Shown here: positions 19,178 through 28,576 of the stretch, piece after piece
Numbering within the stretch: position 1 is the first letter of the stretch
Layout: each line of letters begins with the position of its first letter
IMG/VR virus record: IMGVR_UViG_3300045450_000109
Coordinates: 1 to 64,000 of that record
Direction: 5' to 3' (one strand)
Length of the DNA stretch: 64,000 nt
From: a virus
Position numbers and translations under genes: made by a program
The notes under the pieces: model-generated
The model's input: only the letters and a program-made list of their open reading frames with translations
What the model was told of the DNA's origin: nothing
Database searches by the model: none

Positions 19178-19586
19178 AGCGGGTAACATTACCTGGGGTC
19201 TGATTCAAATCTTCGGACCCCTCATCGTTGTGTTGTTTATCGTGAGCAGTGCACCAGTCACCCAGCTGTACGCCCGGTACCTGCATTGGGTTGACGGTCG
19301 ATTCAAGGCTTCACGTGAACGCAGCGCTGCTGAGCTTGCGGCATTGGATGCAAAACATCGCACTGAGATAGCCGACATAAAGTTCAAACACTTCGATATT
19401 TGGTATAACGGTTGGCATGAAAGCTTTGCACCCGAACTCATGCCAGTCAGTCGTTTTCGTAACGTGCATTACCTGCACGAATTTTCTCAGTCTATTGATG
19501 CGGTTGCGGGGGACTTGGTGTTTTCTCACCCTGATACCACGACAACCCGTCGATATCCACTCACTACATTGGACATGGATAAGTAA
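19164..19586 (+). CDS. membrane-anchored hypothetical protein
   Basis: GGAGGG SD; N-terminal TM segment ITWGLIQIFGPLIVVLFIV. Confidence 0.7.
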   Translation: MTIAEAGNITWGLIQIFGPLIVVLFIVSSAPVTQLYARYLHWVDGRFKASRERSAAELAALDAKHRTEIADIKFKHFDIWYNGWHESFAPELMPVSRFRNVHYLHEFSQSIDAVAGDLVFSHPDTTTTRRYPLTTLDMDK

Positions 19587-20474
19587 ATGGCACTTACCAC
19601 ACTCTACAGTCAAAACCCGTTCTCGTTTCATTTGAACATTCCGGTTCGGGAGATTATCCAGTCAGAACGCACCCTAAAATTCCTCCCGAGTGGTGACGAG
19701 ACCCGCGAACCCGTGACCCTGGAATTACCGATTGGGTCGGAGGTCAAGGGACTGGAACATCCTGATTTTCGCAAATTCCAGGACTGGGTGTTTACTCTGA
19801 TTTACTCAGACACACCCGGTCAGTTCAAACTCTATTTAACCCGCCGGTTTGACATCCGCATCATCGAAGTCACCACCCCCAAAACAGAATTGATTTTGAA
19901 TGTTGACTTCTTCCAGGTTCACAACCATGACCCGTCCCGTTATCGCCTCGACGGGAAAGTCACCTATGATTACTCGGAACTGTTTGCCAGAACACTCACG
20001 GCGTGGCCCAGTAACTATTACCTGCGCACCGTGATTAAACACCCTTGGTGGCAGTGGGTCCAGCGTAAAGGGGCCGATGGGGAAAAGGAAATGATTCTGC
20101 TGATGTGTAACCCACATCCGCTGGACGAAGACGAACAGTACAGTGAAGCTGAAATCACCCACGAAATGTGGCAAAAGGCACGCCGGAACTTCCTTATCGT
20201 GGAAGCTATTAAAAAGCAAATTCCACGAGCAGATTCTCCGTCACCCGATTTGTACAAGTCGATTATCTGGCTCGGTCACCGGGGCGAGTTAGACTTGTGG
20301 GGTTGTGATGGACGGTTCCTGGCGGCGACCTGGGTGCATGAAAGGAAGGAGCGCATTGAAATGTGGGACCTCGGCAGCTACATAACCCCCAACACGCCAG
20401 AATGGGTACGCGACGGCCTTGACCGTTTGACGGTGTTCTGGCCTGAATTTAACCACGCACGAAAATTAGCATAA
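19587..20474 (+). CDS. hypothetical protein (295 aa)
   Basis: TAAATG junction with the upstream gene. Confidence 0.75.
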   Translation: MALTTLYSQNPFSFHLNIPVREIIQSERTLKFLPSGDETREPVTLELPIGSEVKGLEHPDFRKFQDWVFTLIYSDTPGQFKLYLTRRFDIRIIEVTTPKTELILNVDFFQVHNHDPSRYRLDGKVTYDYSELFARTLTAWPSNYYLRTVIKHPWWQWVQRKGADGEKEMILLMCNPHPLDEDEQYSEAEITHEMWQKARRNFLIVEAIKKQIPRADSPSPDLYKSIIWLGHRGELDLWGCDGRFLAATWVHERKERIEMWDLGSYITPNTPEWVRDGLDRLTVFWPEFNHARKLA

Positions 20475-20486
20475 GGACTTTCTTGC

Positions 20487-20840
20487 ATGACTGAGAAACT
20501 ACGTAGACCCACCACCCCGGGCGAGATCCTTCGGGAAGAGTATTTAATCCCGTTGAATATCACCAACAAAGCACTGGCCGCTGCCACCGGGTTACCGGAA
20601 GGCAGTATCAGTCCGCTGGTACGGGGCAAAGGCCGGGTGACGTATGAGGTTGCCTTGCGCCTGAGCAAGTATTTAGGAACAACCCCGGAGTTCTGGTTGA
20701 ACCTGCAACACAAACTGGATGAGCACGTGCTGCGCGCCGACACCTATACCTGGCGCCAGATTGAAGCTATTAAACCCATCACTGAACCACTGCCTGTACC
20801 AAAACGCGGGTACATCGCAGACCTTAAGAAAGAGGATTGA
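20487..20840 (+). CDS. higA: HigA-family (XRE HTH) antitoxin-like protein
   Basis: PTTPGEILREEYL...ALAAATGLPEGSISPLVRGKGRVTYEVALRLSKYLGTTPEFWLNLQ follows the HigA pattern P.PG..L.E.L.......S.L..GK...T.E.A..LS...G..P..WLNLQ. No higB-like ORF is adjacent. Confidence 0.75.
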   Translation: MTEKLRRPTTPGEILREEYLIPLNITNKALAAATGLPEGSISPLVRGKGRVTYEVALRLSKYLGTTPEFWLNLQHKLDEHVLRADTYTWRQIEAIKPITEPLPVPKRGYIADLKKED

Positions 20841-20844
20841 TTCC

Positions 20845-20964
20845 GTGACCGGACAGATATTACTGGCCCTGACCCTGGGTGCCATTGTAGGATTTTCTCT
20901 GTATCGCTTAGGTGTACGTCGTCGTGACCGTCGTTTGTTTGAAAAAAGCAGACGTCGGAAATAA
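20845..20964 (+). CDS. small single-TM protein with Arg/Lys-rich tail (39 aa)
   Basis: GTG start after GAGGA SD. Sequence VTGQILLALTLGAIVGFSLYRLGVRRRDRRLFEKSRRRK. A terminator follows. Confidence 0.45.
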   Translation: MTGQILLALTLGAIVGFSLYRLGVRRRDRRLFEKSRRRK

Positions 20965-20973
20965 CGACATACT

Positions 20974-21002
20974 GGGAGGCCAATGCCTCCCTTCTTTTTT
21001 TG
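20974..21002 (+). terminator. intrinsic terminator
   Basis: GGGAGGC-CAAT-GCCTCCC followed by TTCTTTTTTT. Confidence 0.85.
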
Positions 21003-21021
21003 TTACTACCGGAGTAGACCA

Positions 21022-22146
21022 ATGGGATTCATGTTACCTGCTGTTAAACCTCAACTCACCGAGAACCTTAAACGTTTGTCAGAAATCATCGTTTCTGTTG
21101 ATGTCAACGGTCGCGGTGAAACCGCCCATTTACGGGAAGCCTTTCGCAACTATGCCTTGGAAAAGGGGTTTCCCACACGCCTGTACACCCACTCTCACTG
21201 GAAACACTACGGTGTGAGCAATCGGGAACTGATGCGCAAACTCATTACCCATTATCGCGATACGGTGTTCCCTGACTACGGGTTGCAACTGTTGGTCCTG
21301 GGAACGATGTACGTGGTTCACAACACGTCTGAGATTCTTGCAGTCGGGGTGAAAACCGGGATGATGCCAAACTACGTCTCATTGAACTGGTTTGGGTTTG
21401 AGCCACTCATTGTCGCACTCAGAGAGCGTTTGGTGGAGGAAGAAGGCAGCGAACCCGAAAGCTACCGTCGTTTCTATATTGATGACCGTGCGATGCTGCA
21501 AAAACGCACGGTACTCCCGCCGCCGTTTGTTCCCCTTGAACACTTCAATTTGGCCTACCCCTATCTGGACCAAACACCGGAACAGTTCTGGGAAGCATTC
21601 AAAGCTTCACCGAACAATGTTACTCTGTTAATCGGTCCACCCGGCACCGGGAAGTCTTCGTTCTTGCGCTGTGTGTTACGGGCGCGTGGGACGTCCGAAG
21701 AGAGACTCACCTTTCTGGCAGACAGTGCCTCGGTGATTGCTCATCCCCGGTTCATGGAAAATGTGCGGGATTTGCCCGTCGGGTCTCTGATGGTCACCGA
21801 AGACTCAGATGCGATGCTGGCCAAACGTGAAGACCACAACATGGAAATGTCAGCGTTGCTGAACGCCACCAGTGGATTAGCCTCGACAGACACCAAGTTT
21901 GTGATTTCAACTAACCTCAGTGGAACGCAGAAGGTTGATTCGGCACTGCTGCGCCGGGGTCGACTGTATCGCACTATCCATTTCCGTAATCTGACCGTCG
22001 CTGAAGCTTATGCCTTGCGCGAAGCCATGACCTTGCCGTTTGTGGACTTAAGTGGGTTCACCAAAGGCGTACCCCTCACCGATGCACTGAACGTCACGCA
22101 AGAGGATTGCGCGAGCCGTCAGGAAAGCAGTTTTGGATTTAACTGA
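21022..22146 (+). CDS. AAA+ ATPase (paralog of 52556-54004)
   Basis: Walker A GPPGTGKSS, Walker B LMVTEDSD, ALLRRGR sensor/Arg-finger region. ATG follows the TACCGGAGTA leader. Confidence 0.8.
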   Translation: MGFMLPAVKPQLTENLKRLSEIIVSVDVNGRGETAHLREAFRNYALEKGFPTRLYTHSHWKHYGVSNRELMRKLITHYRDTVFPDYGLQLLVLGTMYVVHNTSEILAVGVKTGMMPNYVSLNWFGFEPLIVALRERLVEEEGSEPESYRRFYIDDRAMLQKRTVLPPPFVPLEHFNLAYPYLDQTPEQFWEAFKASPNNVTLLIGPPGTGKSSFLRCVLRARGTSEERLTFLADSASVIAHPRFMENVRDLPVGSLMVTEDSDAMLAKREDHNMEMSALLNATSGLASTDTKFVISTNLSGTQKVDSALLRRGRLYRTIHFRNLTVAEAYALREAMTLPFVDLSGFTKGVPLTDALNVTQEDCASRQESSFGFN

Positions 22147-22160
22147 TTGGAGATAAACCA

Positions 22161-23066
22161 ATGGAATCAAGATTAACCAAGGCCGGCATCAGTCGGTCTG
22201 TATGGGATGCAATGCGGAAAGCGGGCGTTACCATTGATGCGGGTATGTTCCCGGGACCTACCGAAAAAGACTGGGTGGTTGAAACCCGACAATTTGCCTT
22301 CCAGATTAAAATGACGCTGGAATCAGACTCGGGCTTTGGTCATTGCCATCTCAAGGTGGAGTTTGGTCCTAGCTTGTCAAATGTCGAAGTTATCGGCGGC
22401 ACACCGGCCGCTGAGATTGTCGCGGATGACGTGCTGTTTTATTTCCGGGAGTTCATCAACAAACATACCCAGTGGGTTTCTGACTCCAGCGTTGGGCGCA
22501 CCGTGACCGACCACCACTGCCTGCTTGAGTTTGCTCTCTATAGCTTTACATTGGACCGCAGCAGAGTGGTGAGAAAGATCACCAGTGACAATGACCGGTT
22601 GAATGAAGACTACCGAAACGCCATGCTCGAATGGCAGGACATTTTCTGCCGTGAAATTACGGCGTTAATGAAACAGGCGGCGTACAACATGCAGTATCAA
22701 GGCCACCATGGCGTTACGTTGGCCGAGATTCTCGCTAACCAAACGGTGGTGAAAACAACACCAGTTCCTGAAAACTACGGTTGGTTAAAAGGCATTGAAT
22801 TCCGGTTTGTTGAACTCAATGACAATGGCTCGTTTGTGATGTTGGGTGAGTTTTTGTTGGAAGATGAACTGGATAAAGGTTCAAATCCGTTCTGGCGCAA
22901 TGCACGGCTGGCCGCCTACGATACATTGGTTAGGCATGTCCACCAAACCGCAAAAGACCTGTTTCCACTTGACGCGGGTTGGGCGGCAGTTAGATGTCAA
23001 CCCGTCACAACCAGCCACCCACACTACACCCCGTACCGTAAAGGGCTTTATATTAGTGTAAACTAA
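22161..23066 (+). CDS. hypothetical protein (301 aa)
   Basis: GGAG SD. Confidence 0.75.
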   Translation: MESRLTKAGISRSVWDAMRKAGVTIDAGMFPGPTEKDWVVETRQFAFQIKMTLESDSGFGHCHLKVEFGPSLSNVEVIGGTPAAEIVADDVLFYFREFINKHTQWVSDSSVGRTVTDHHCLLEFALYSFTLDRSRVVRKITSDNDRLNEDYRNAMLEWQDIFCREITALMKQAAYNMQYQGHHGVTLAEILANQTVVKTTPVPENYGWLKGIEFRFVELNDNGSFVMLGEFLLEDELDKGSNPFWRNARLAAYDTLVRHVHQTAKDLFPLDAGWAAVRCQPVTTSHPHYTPYRKGLYISVN

Positions 23067-23071
23067 TGTTG

Positions 23072-23091
23072 GCAGGGGCGAAAGCCCCTGC
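23072..23091 (+). terminator. GC hairpin (weak terminator, no T-run)
   Basis: GCAGGGGC-GAAA-GCCCCTGC. Confidence 0.45.
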
Positions 23092-23209
23092 TATGCTGTC
23101 TCCTATGGTTTGTTCTCAATAGGAGGTGGCGCATGTATCAGATTGACGCGTTGTTGTTGTGGCTGTATGTCCGTCGCCTGGGATTAAAAATACAGAGGCG
23201 GTATATCAG

Positions 23210-23467
23210 ATGGCAACTCGCAAAGATGACGAAATGACCCCGATGTTCCGGTATTGTCGTGACAGTCTGGAACCCCGCTGGGACCTGGCCTTTTATGTTG
23301 CCGGGTACCGTAAAACACCCCGTGGTAAGCAAAGGTTGGCTGAAAAGAAACGCTTGGTGTTTGCCTGCGATAAACTGTTTCAGCCGTTTAACCATTACAT
23401 TACCCCCACCCATTGGTTGCACATTGATGCCATTAGCATCTTACTGCGAGACCACTACCGAGTCTAA
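23210..23467 (+). CDS. hypothetical protein (85 aa)
   Basis: ATG after GAGG. A competing 34-aa ORF at 23134-23238 has a stronger AGGAGG SD. Confidence 0.45.
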   Translation: MATRKDDEMTPMFRYCRDSLEPRWDLAFYVAGYRKTPRGKQRLAEKKRLVFACDKLFQPFNHYITPTHWLHIDAISILLRDHYRV

Positions 23468-23477
23468 GGATTTGATT

Positions 23478-24587
23478 ATGTCTATTTGGCAAAAGCTGTT
23501 CGGTATTTCCGGGTCAGAAAAGAATCCAGTTGGTGATGCCGACGTGATTCCTGACGACAAGAAAAAACTGTCTGACGCGGAACGCAGGCGGATGGAACAC
23601 GAACTGGCCCTGGATGAGAAACGCAAATTGCTAGAACGCGACGTGACTAATTTGCAGAAGCTACTTTTGCCGATTCTTGAAAACCTAATGCAGACCCCCA
23701 CGTCAGCATGTCATTACGAAACACACTGGTTTGAGGGTATAGACCACTTCGCATTGTTCAACCATGTTTCGGTTGACATTGGAAAACAACCCGAAGGGTA
23801 TTTCGCGATGCAATTGTCGTTCGGTATCAAACCAGAATACTCTCGACGTGCAAGATTGCGGCACATGGAAATGATGTCTACCTACGATTGGTGGAGTATC
23901 GAGGACAATCAAACTTTCCTTGCTGAATATCTGCTGGCTGGGCTCTCTTGCGATTTTCCAATAAGTCTCACTCGCACCATTGACGGTCCCTTGTTTCAAA
24001 GACGCCATACGGCGGCTGACCGCTATGAGAATACGGTTATCGCCCTCTACATTGGTACCGTCCCAGACACAGACGTCATTGGTGGTGGGGTGGACTACAC
24101 GGTGAAAAACCACGAGATACTGACTCACCAACAACTCGCAATACAGGCACGCTACCGAACCTTTGCAGTCGAATACCTGAAACAGGCACTGGTCACAACG
24201 GCCAATGACATCGTGAAAAGTATGGCTGGGCGGTTGCAGTGCGCAAACAGTTTGCAATTGAAACCAAATGGCACATTTAAGACAGACATCACGACAGGGT
24301 TATTGTTAGGCATGCAGCTGCATGTAGGCGGGCGACTGGTAATTGACGTTGCTACCCAAGAAACGGGGCGACTGGGTCCGATTTCAGCGATTGTTGACGC
24401 TTGTTGGGAATGGGAACCGTTCCTTAAACTGTATCAATCCTTGTTGGCAGAAGCCCTACAAGCCGCGTTACCTACATCAGGGTACGCCAATTATGACTGG
24501 TCGGTAGTGCCTGATGTTGTGGTCAGTGGATACGGTGACTATCATTCCCGCATTGAATTTCAACTGACTCACGTCGGGGGATCATGA
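23478..24587 (+). CDS. hypothetical protein (369 aa)
   Basis: ATG after AAGGA; the track start at 23259 overlaps the previous ORF. Confidence 0.75.
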   Translation: MSIWQKLFGISGSEKNPVGDADVIPDDKKKLSDAERRRMEHELALDEKRKLLERDVTNLQKLLLPILENLMQTPTSACHYETHWFEGIDHFALFNHVSVDIGKQPEGYFAMQLSFGIKPEYSRRARLRHMEMMSTYDWWSIEDNQTFLAEYLLAGLSCDFPISLTRTIDGPLFQRRHTAADRYENTVIALYIGTVPDTDVIGGGVDYTVKNHEILTHQQLAIQARYRTFAVEYLKQALVTTANDIVKSMAGRLQCANSLQLKPNGTFKTDITTGLLLGMQLHVGGRLVIDVATQETGRLGPISAIVDACWEWEPFLKLYQSLLAEALQAALPTSGYANYDWSVVPDVVVSGYGDYHSRIEFQLTHVGGS

Positions 24588-24946
24588 TGTTCGGTATCGA
24601 CTTACATGCGCCGACTGCGTTTATGGAAATCGGACTGATACTGGTGTTGTTTGTGTGGGTGATGGCTGACAGTCATCATGACTACAAAGTGCGCAAGGCA
24701 GCCTTACTAACCCCGATTCAGGTCAATGCGATTATCCGCAAGATGCAGGAGAACCAGACCAACCAGGAATTGTTTCGGGAAGCGTACAGTGGGTTTTTGC
24801 GACAGGGGCGTAAAACACCCCTGTTCATCCTGGAAACCGCAGCGATGGTCACTGACATGAAACACCATGTCCTGAACGATAACCATTATTTTTATCATCC
24901 TACCAGTGGGTTCATGACTGTGATTCCTGCCCACCATGTTCACTAG
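24584..24946 (+). CDS. membrane-anchored hypothetical protein
   Basis: ATGATG overlap with the upstream gene; N-terminal TM segment. Confidence 0.7.
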   Translation: MMFGIDLHAPTAFMEIGLILVLFVWVMADSHHDYKVRKAALLTPIQVNAIIRKMQENQTNQELFREAYSGFLRQGRKTPLFILETAAMVTDMKHHVLNDNHYFYHPTSGFMTVIPAHHVH

Positions 24947-24963
24947 GTCCGACGGAGGACAGC

Positions 24964-25437
24964 ATGTCTAAACCACTCAGCATGGAAGAAGCGTTCATCG
25001 TATTACACACCGGCTCTGGCTTCATCGCGGGAGCCGGCTATGTGCTGTATAAGGGCGGGTATTTCGCATACGGTACTTTTCCGGGTTGTATGCGGGGTGG
25101 GGCCAGTATTGAAACCCTGGAGGAATTCCATCGTTTCACTGTTCGGGAAACCAGTACAATTCAATGGGAACTGTTATCGTTGCAGGATATCATTGAACGC
25201 TACGGGTACTGGCCTGAAATCAGCACCATTTTTACGGTCTTAACAACATCACACCTGGTCACCACCCAAGACCAGCGGTCTGAGGCTATCGGTCTGGAGC
25301 GCGACATGCTTCAGTTCATGATAGACGGCCCATACAAAACCGAGGACTTCAAAGACGGGTTTGCACATGTCCGGATTTGGCAACCCTGGTTTGCGAATCG
25401 CCCTGCCCTACGTCACCTTATCGGAGTAACAGCATGA
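24964..25437 (+). CDS. hypothetical protein
   Basis: GGAGG SD. Confidence 0.75.
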   Translation: MSKPLSMEEAFIVLHTGSGFIAGAGYVLYKGGYFAYGTFPGCMRGGASIETLEEFHRFTVRETSTIQWELLSLQDIIERYGYWPEISTIFTVLTTSHLVTTQDQRSEAIGLERDMLQFMIDGPYKTEDFKDGFAHVRIWQPWFANRPALRHLIGVTA

Positions 25438-26081
25438 GTATGTTAATTGAACGTGCGAAAGCATTTGCTATTGGTGCCCATGAGGCCGTGGAACAAAAGC
25501 GTAAATACACAGGCGAACCCTATTGGATACACCCTGAAGAAGTTGCTGCGATTGTCAGGCGAGTAGGTGGGACGGAAGCCATGATAGCGGCGGCCTGGCT
25601 GCACGACGTGGTGGAAGATACTGGGGTTGCTATCGAAACCCTTCAACAGCAGTTTGGTGGGGCAGTGTCTCGCCTGGTTGCTGACCTGACAGATGTCTCA
25701 ATGGTGGGTGAAGGTCCTCGCAGTTATCGACGTACTCTGGACCGCTTACACACGGCCGAGGCGTCGCCAGATGCTCAGACCATCAAACTGGCCGACCTCA
25801 TCGCTAACTCCAGCTCCATCATGGCATTCAATCCGGGCTTTGCTCGCACGTACCTGGTGGAAAAATGGTTGTTGTTGAAGGTCCTGACGCAAGGTGATGT
25901 TACTTTGCACAAGGAAGCGACTGACTTGCTGGAAGCCAATCGTAACGCCCTCGGTATGACGGTTGATGACATCGTCCAAAAAGCCAAGCCCTACGAACAG
26001 CACGAAGCAGCAATTCTGCTTACCCGTGAAAATCAAGAGGCAGGCTTGTACGACACCCCTAAAGAAGGACAAACCCAATGA
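25434..26081 (+). CDS. HD-domain (p)ppGpp/alarmone hydrolase-like protein (SpoT/Mesh1 family)
   Basis: GAHEAVEQKRKYTGEPYWIHPEEVAAIV....AAAWLHDVVEDT....FGGAVSRLVADLTD parallels the SpoT hydrolase core H..Q.R..G.PY..HP..VA....ALLHDV.EDT...FG..V..LV.. Confidence 0.7.
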   Translation: MSMLIERAKAFAIGAHEAVEQKRKYTGEPYWIHPEEVAAIVRRVGGTEAMIAAAWLHDVVEDTGVAIETLQQQFGGAVSRLVADLTDVSMVGEGPRSYRRTLDRLHTAEASPDAQTIKLADLIANSSSIMAFNPGFARTYLVEKWLLLKVLTQGDVTLHKEATDLLEANRNALGMTVDDIVQKAKPYEQHEAAILLTRENQEAGLYDTPKEGQTQ

Positions 26082-26437
26082 GCGAAGCAGTAAACCTGGT
26101 AGGGGATACTCAGGAAACCGTAGACCTCCACACGGTAAAAGGTCCGGTGCATTCTCGTTTGCATACCGAAGCCCGCAAGGCATTCGCCCGACTGCATCCC
26201 TGGGTACCTGACCGCCCTACCGTACTTTTGTACGTAGCGACCAAATCAGATGATGATCGTGTGTACTGTGCATTGGGTAACCCACACAGTCACACCTCGA
26301 TGGCTAACATCGTGGTCGAACTCCCGACACCGTATACCCGCAGTGAATTGGAACGCGCGTACAGTACTGGTACTGTGCCTGGCACCATGATTCGGGATGG
26401 CGGTGACCAAACTCAATATATCGTGAAAAACGATTAA
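26078..26437 (+). CDS. hypothetical protein
   Basis: ATGA overlap with the upstream gene. Confidence 0.7.
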   Translation: MSEAVNLVGDTQETVDLHTVKGPVHSRLHTEARKAFARLHPWVPDRPTVLLYVATKSDDDRVYCALGNPHSHTSMANIVVELPTPYTRSELERAYSTGTVPGTMIRDGGDQTQYIVKND

Positions 26438-26449
26438 CGGAAAATTTCA

Positions 26450-27472
26450 ATGAAACAATATTTAGATATCCTGCGAGACGTTGTTGAAAATGGTCGCCAT
26501 CGTGGTGACCGTACGGGCACCGGTACCACTTCCATCTTTGATGCGCGTTTCAAACATGACATGCGCGATGGCTTCCCACTGATTACCACCAAACGTACCT
26601 TCCTGCGTGGGGTGTTCTGGGAACTGATGGGTTTCCTGAACAACGACCTGCACATGCAAGTGCTGGTTGATGAGAACGTCAAAATCTGGGACGGTTTTCG
26701 TCTGCAGGAACCCGCGGATATTAAAATAGAGAACAGCTTTGCGCGTCGCCTGTTGGCACTGTCCAGTGAACTCGGCGATGCGTTGCCTGTCACGAACATG
26801 GAGGGCCTTGAAGAACTTATGGTTAAGGAAGGCATCCCTACTCATAAAATCGTGGATATATTACCGGTGGGTGCACTCAATGCCCCATACGGTGCTGGGT
26901 GGCGCGCATTCAAAACCGCCAACGGGCCAGTCGACCAGTTTAGCTATGCATTGGACTTATTGCGTCACAATCCCGAGTCCCGACGTATCCTGGTCAGTGC
27001 CTGGAACCCCGGTTGGATGCCAGAAGAAACTCGCCAGGTTCCCTTAACGTTCGATGAGCGTTATGCGCTTTTTGCTAAGGACCATCCAGATGCTTACGAG
27101 CATTGTGAAACATTGATGAGTTACCCTGAGTATCAGGGGGACCTGGATGCCGCTATTCATCAGATGGACGAGGCAAACGTACCTGTCTACAAAACGGTTA
27201 AGGTGACACCACAGGACAACATTGCCAATGACAAGCCATGTCTGACGCCGTGTCACTGGGCATTTGAGTTCTACACGGAAGAGATGACCCTGGAAGAACG
27301 TTGGAAAAGTGCGGAGCTCCCACTCAATGCAAAACACATTGAGCAAGCTCGTTATGAGCTTTCAGAGCTTGCAGGTGACGGTGGAGCTGAGCATTTGCAG
27401 GAACTGGAACACAAATACCTGGACGACTACTATGTTCCTCGTCGTTTCCTGAGCATGAAATGGCACCAGCGT
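26450..27472 (+). CDS. thyA: thymidylate synthase (ThyA/Td family), exon 1
   Basis: MKQYLDILRDV..DRTGTGT..FPLITTKR..SRRILVSAWNP..CLTPCHWAFEFY..WHQR. The exon ends on a U (cagcgt). The downstream read-through RNNNCAFLA* is non-ThyA sequence. Confidence 0.85.
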
Positions 27473-28576
27473 AGAAACAACAACTGCGCCTTTTTAGCGT
27501 GAGCTAAATAGCAAACCTCTCTAAAACGGGAACCTCTCGAAAGAGACAATCCGTTGCTAACCTGTTACGTTACCGGCCTGAATAAGGAGGTAACATGGAA
27601 AGATGTGGAGCTTACATGCTCCGATGTGTAGACAGTGATTGTGTTTACGTCGGAAGCACTCGTGATTTGGATAAACGTTTTGCACGACATTTCAACGAAC
27701 TGAAACAAGGCATTCACCACAATGTCAAGTTGCAGGAACAATGGAATGACGGAGTCGAAATGGAGAAGTGGGAGTTCTTGACGCAAAGTCGTGAACATGC
27801 CTACCAGATTGAACAGGGGTTAATTAATGACCACCTTCCATCAGGTAAGCTTCTCAACATTGGTTTGTCGGTACGGGGCGGGGATAACTTAACCCTCCAC
27901 CCGGAACGTGACCAGATTATCCTCAAAATCACAGCAGCTTTACATAACCGATTTGCTTCGATGTCCCCAGAGGAAAGAAAAGCAAAATACGGTCGAAACG
28001 GTCAATCAAATGGGATGTATGGTAAAACCCATACCGAAGAATCACGCAAAGCAATGTCGATGGGGCAGAAGAAACATGCGGAACAAAACCAGGTAAAAGG
28101 TAAGGAGCTTGGTGAATACGCACGTACCCCTCAGATGAGGGAATTCTTCTCACGACTGGCAAAACTGCGCACCGGGGATAAAAACCCGTTCTTTGGTAAA
28201 ACTCATTCGGACGACGTAAAAGAGAAACTACGTCAGCAACGCTTGGGTAAGAAGCCGGCTAATCAAAGGCCAGTTTCTGTCGATGGGGTCATCTATGCAA
28301 GTGCCACTGAAGCGGGTCGCCAATTGAATTGCGTAACTGCAACGATATTGCATCGCATCAAGAGCAAGAATCCGAAGTACAAAGATTACCGGTACGTAAC
28401 AGAATGCCCAACGACTATCGAAAAGCAGCAATAGCTGAACTGAGTAGAGTAGGTGCAAGCGCACCGAAATGGGAGGGGTCTCTATCAGAGACCGTGATAT
28501 AGTCTGAACTGCATGGTGACATGTAGCTGCACGTAATGGTGCGGGGATAGCCTAGCGACCTATCCTGAACGTATTG
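27473..28576 (+). mobile_element. group I intron (T4 td-like, subgroup IA) carrying a homing endonuclease ORF
   Basis: The exons rejoin in frame to QR|SCDMFLGIPFNIASY. The intron ends in G (..GAACGTATTG). The 5' core AACGGGAACCTCTC..AGACAATCCGTTGCTAA and the 3' core GATATAGTCTGAACTGCATGGTGACATGTAGCTG..CGGGG..GCGACCTATCCTGAAC closely resemble the T4 td intron as I recall it. Confidence 0.8.
27595..28434 (+). CDS. GIY-YIG homing endonuclease (I-TevI-like) encoded within the intron
   Basis: GAYMLRCV..CVYVGSTRDLDKRFARHF..L..G.H; two NUMOD3-like repeats (GMYGKTHTEESRK, NPFFGKTHSDDVKEK); C-terminal VSVDGVIYASATEAGRQL..ILHRIKS resembling the I-TevI DNA-binding tail. Confidence 0.85.
   Translation: MERCGAYMLRCVDSDCVYVGSTRDLDKRFARHFNELKQGIHHNVKLQEQWNDGVEMEKWEFLTQSREHAYQIEQGLINDHLPSGKLLNIGLSVRGGDNLTLHPERDQIILKITAALHNRFASMSPEERKAKYGRNGQSNGMYGKTHTEESRKAMSMGQKKHAEQNQVKGKELGEYARTPQMREFFSRLAKLRTGDKNPFFGKTHSDDVKEKLRQQRLGKKPANQRPVSVDGVIYASATEAGRQLNCVTATILHRIKSKNPKYKDYRYVTECPTTIEKQQ

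Noticed and set aside
23134-23238. 34-aa ORF with a strong AGGAGG SD
   Set aside because: It is plausible but overlaps the alternative 85-aa ORF (23210-23467) in another frame. I cannot decide between them from sequence alone, so I did not list it as a feature.
27473-27502. Reading thyA as a truncated or frameshifted pseudogene ending RNNNCAFLA*
   Set aside because: The missing conserved C-terminal third is present in frame 1.1 kb downstream. The intervening DNA has group I intron hallmarks and a homing endonuclease ORF.
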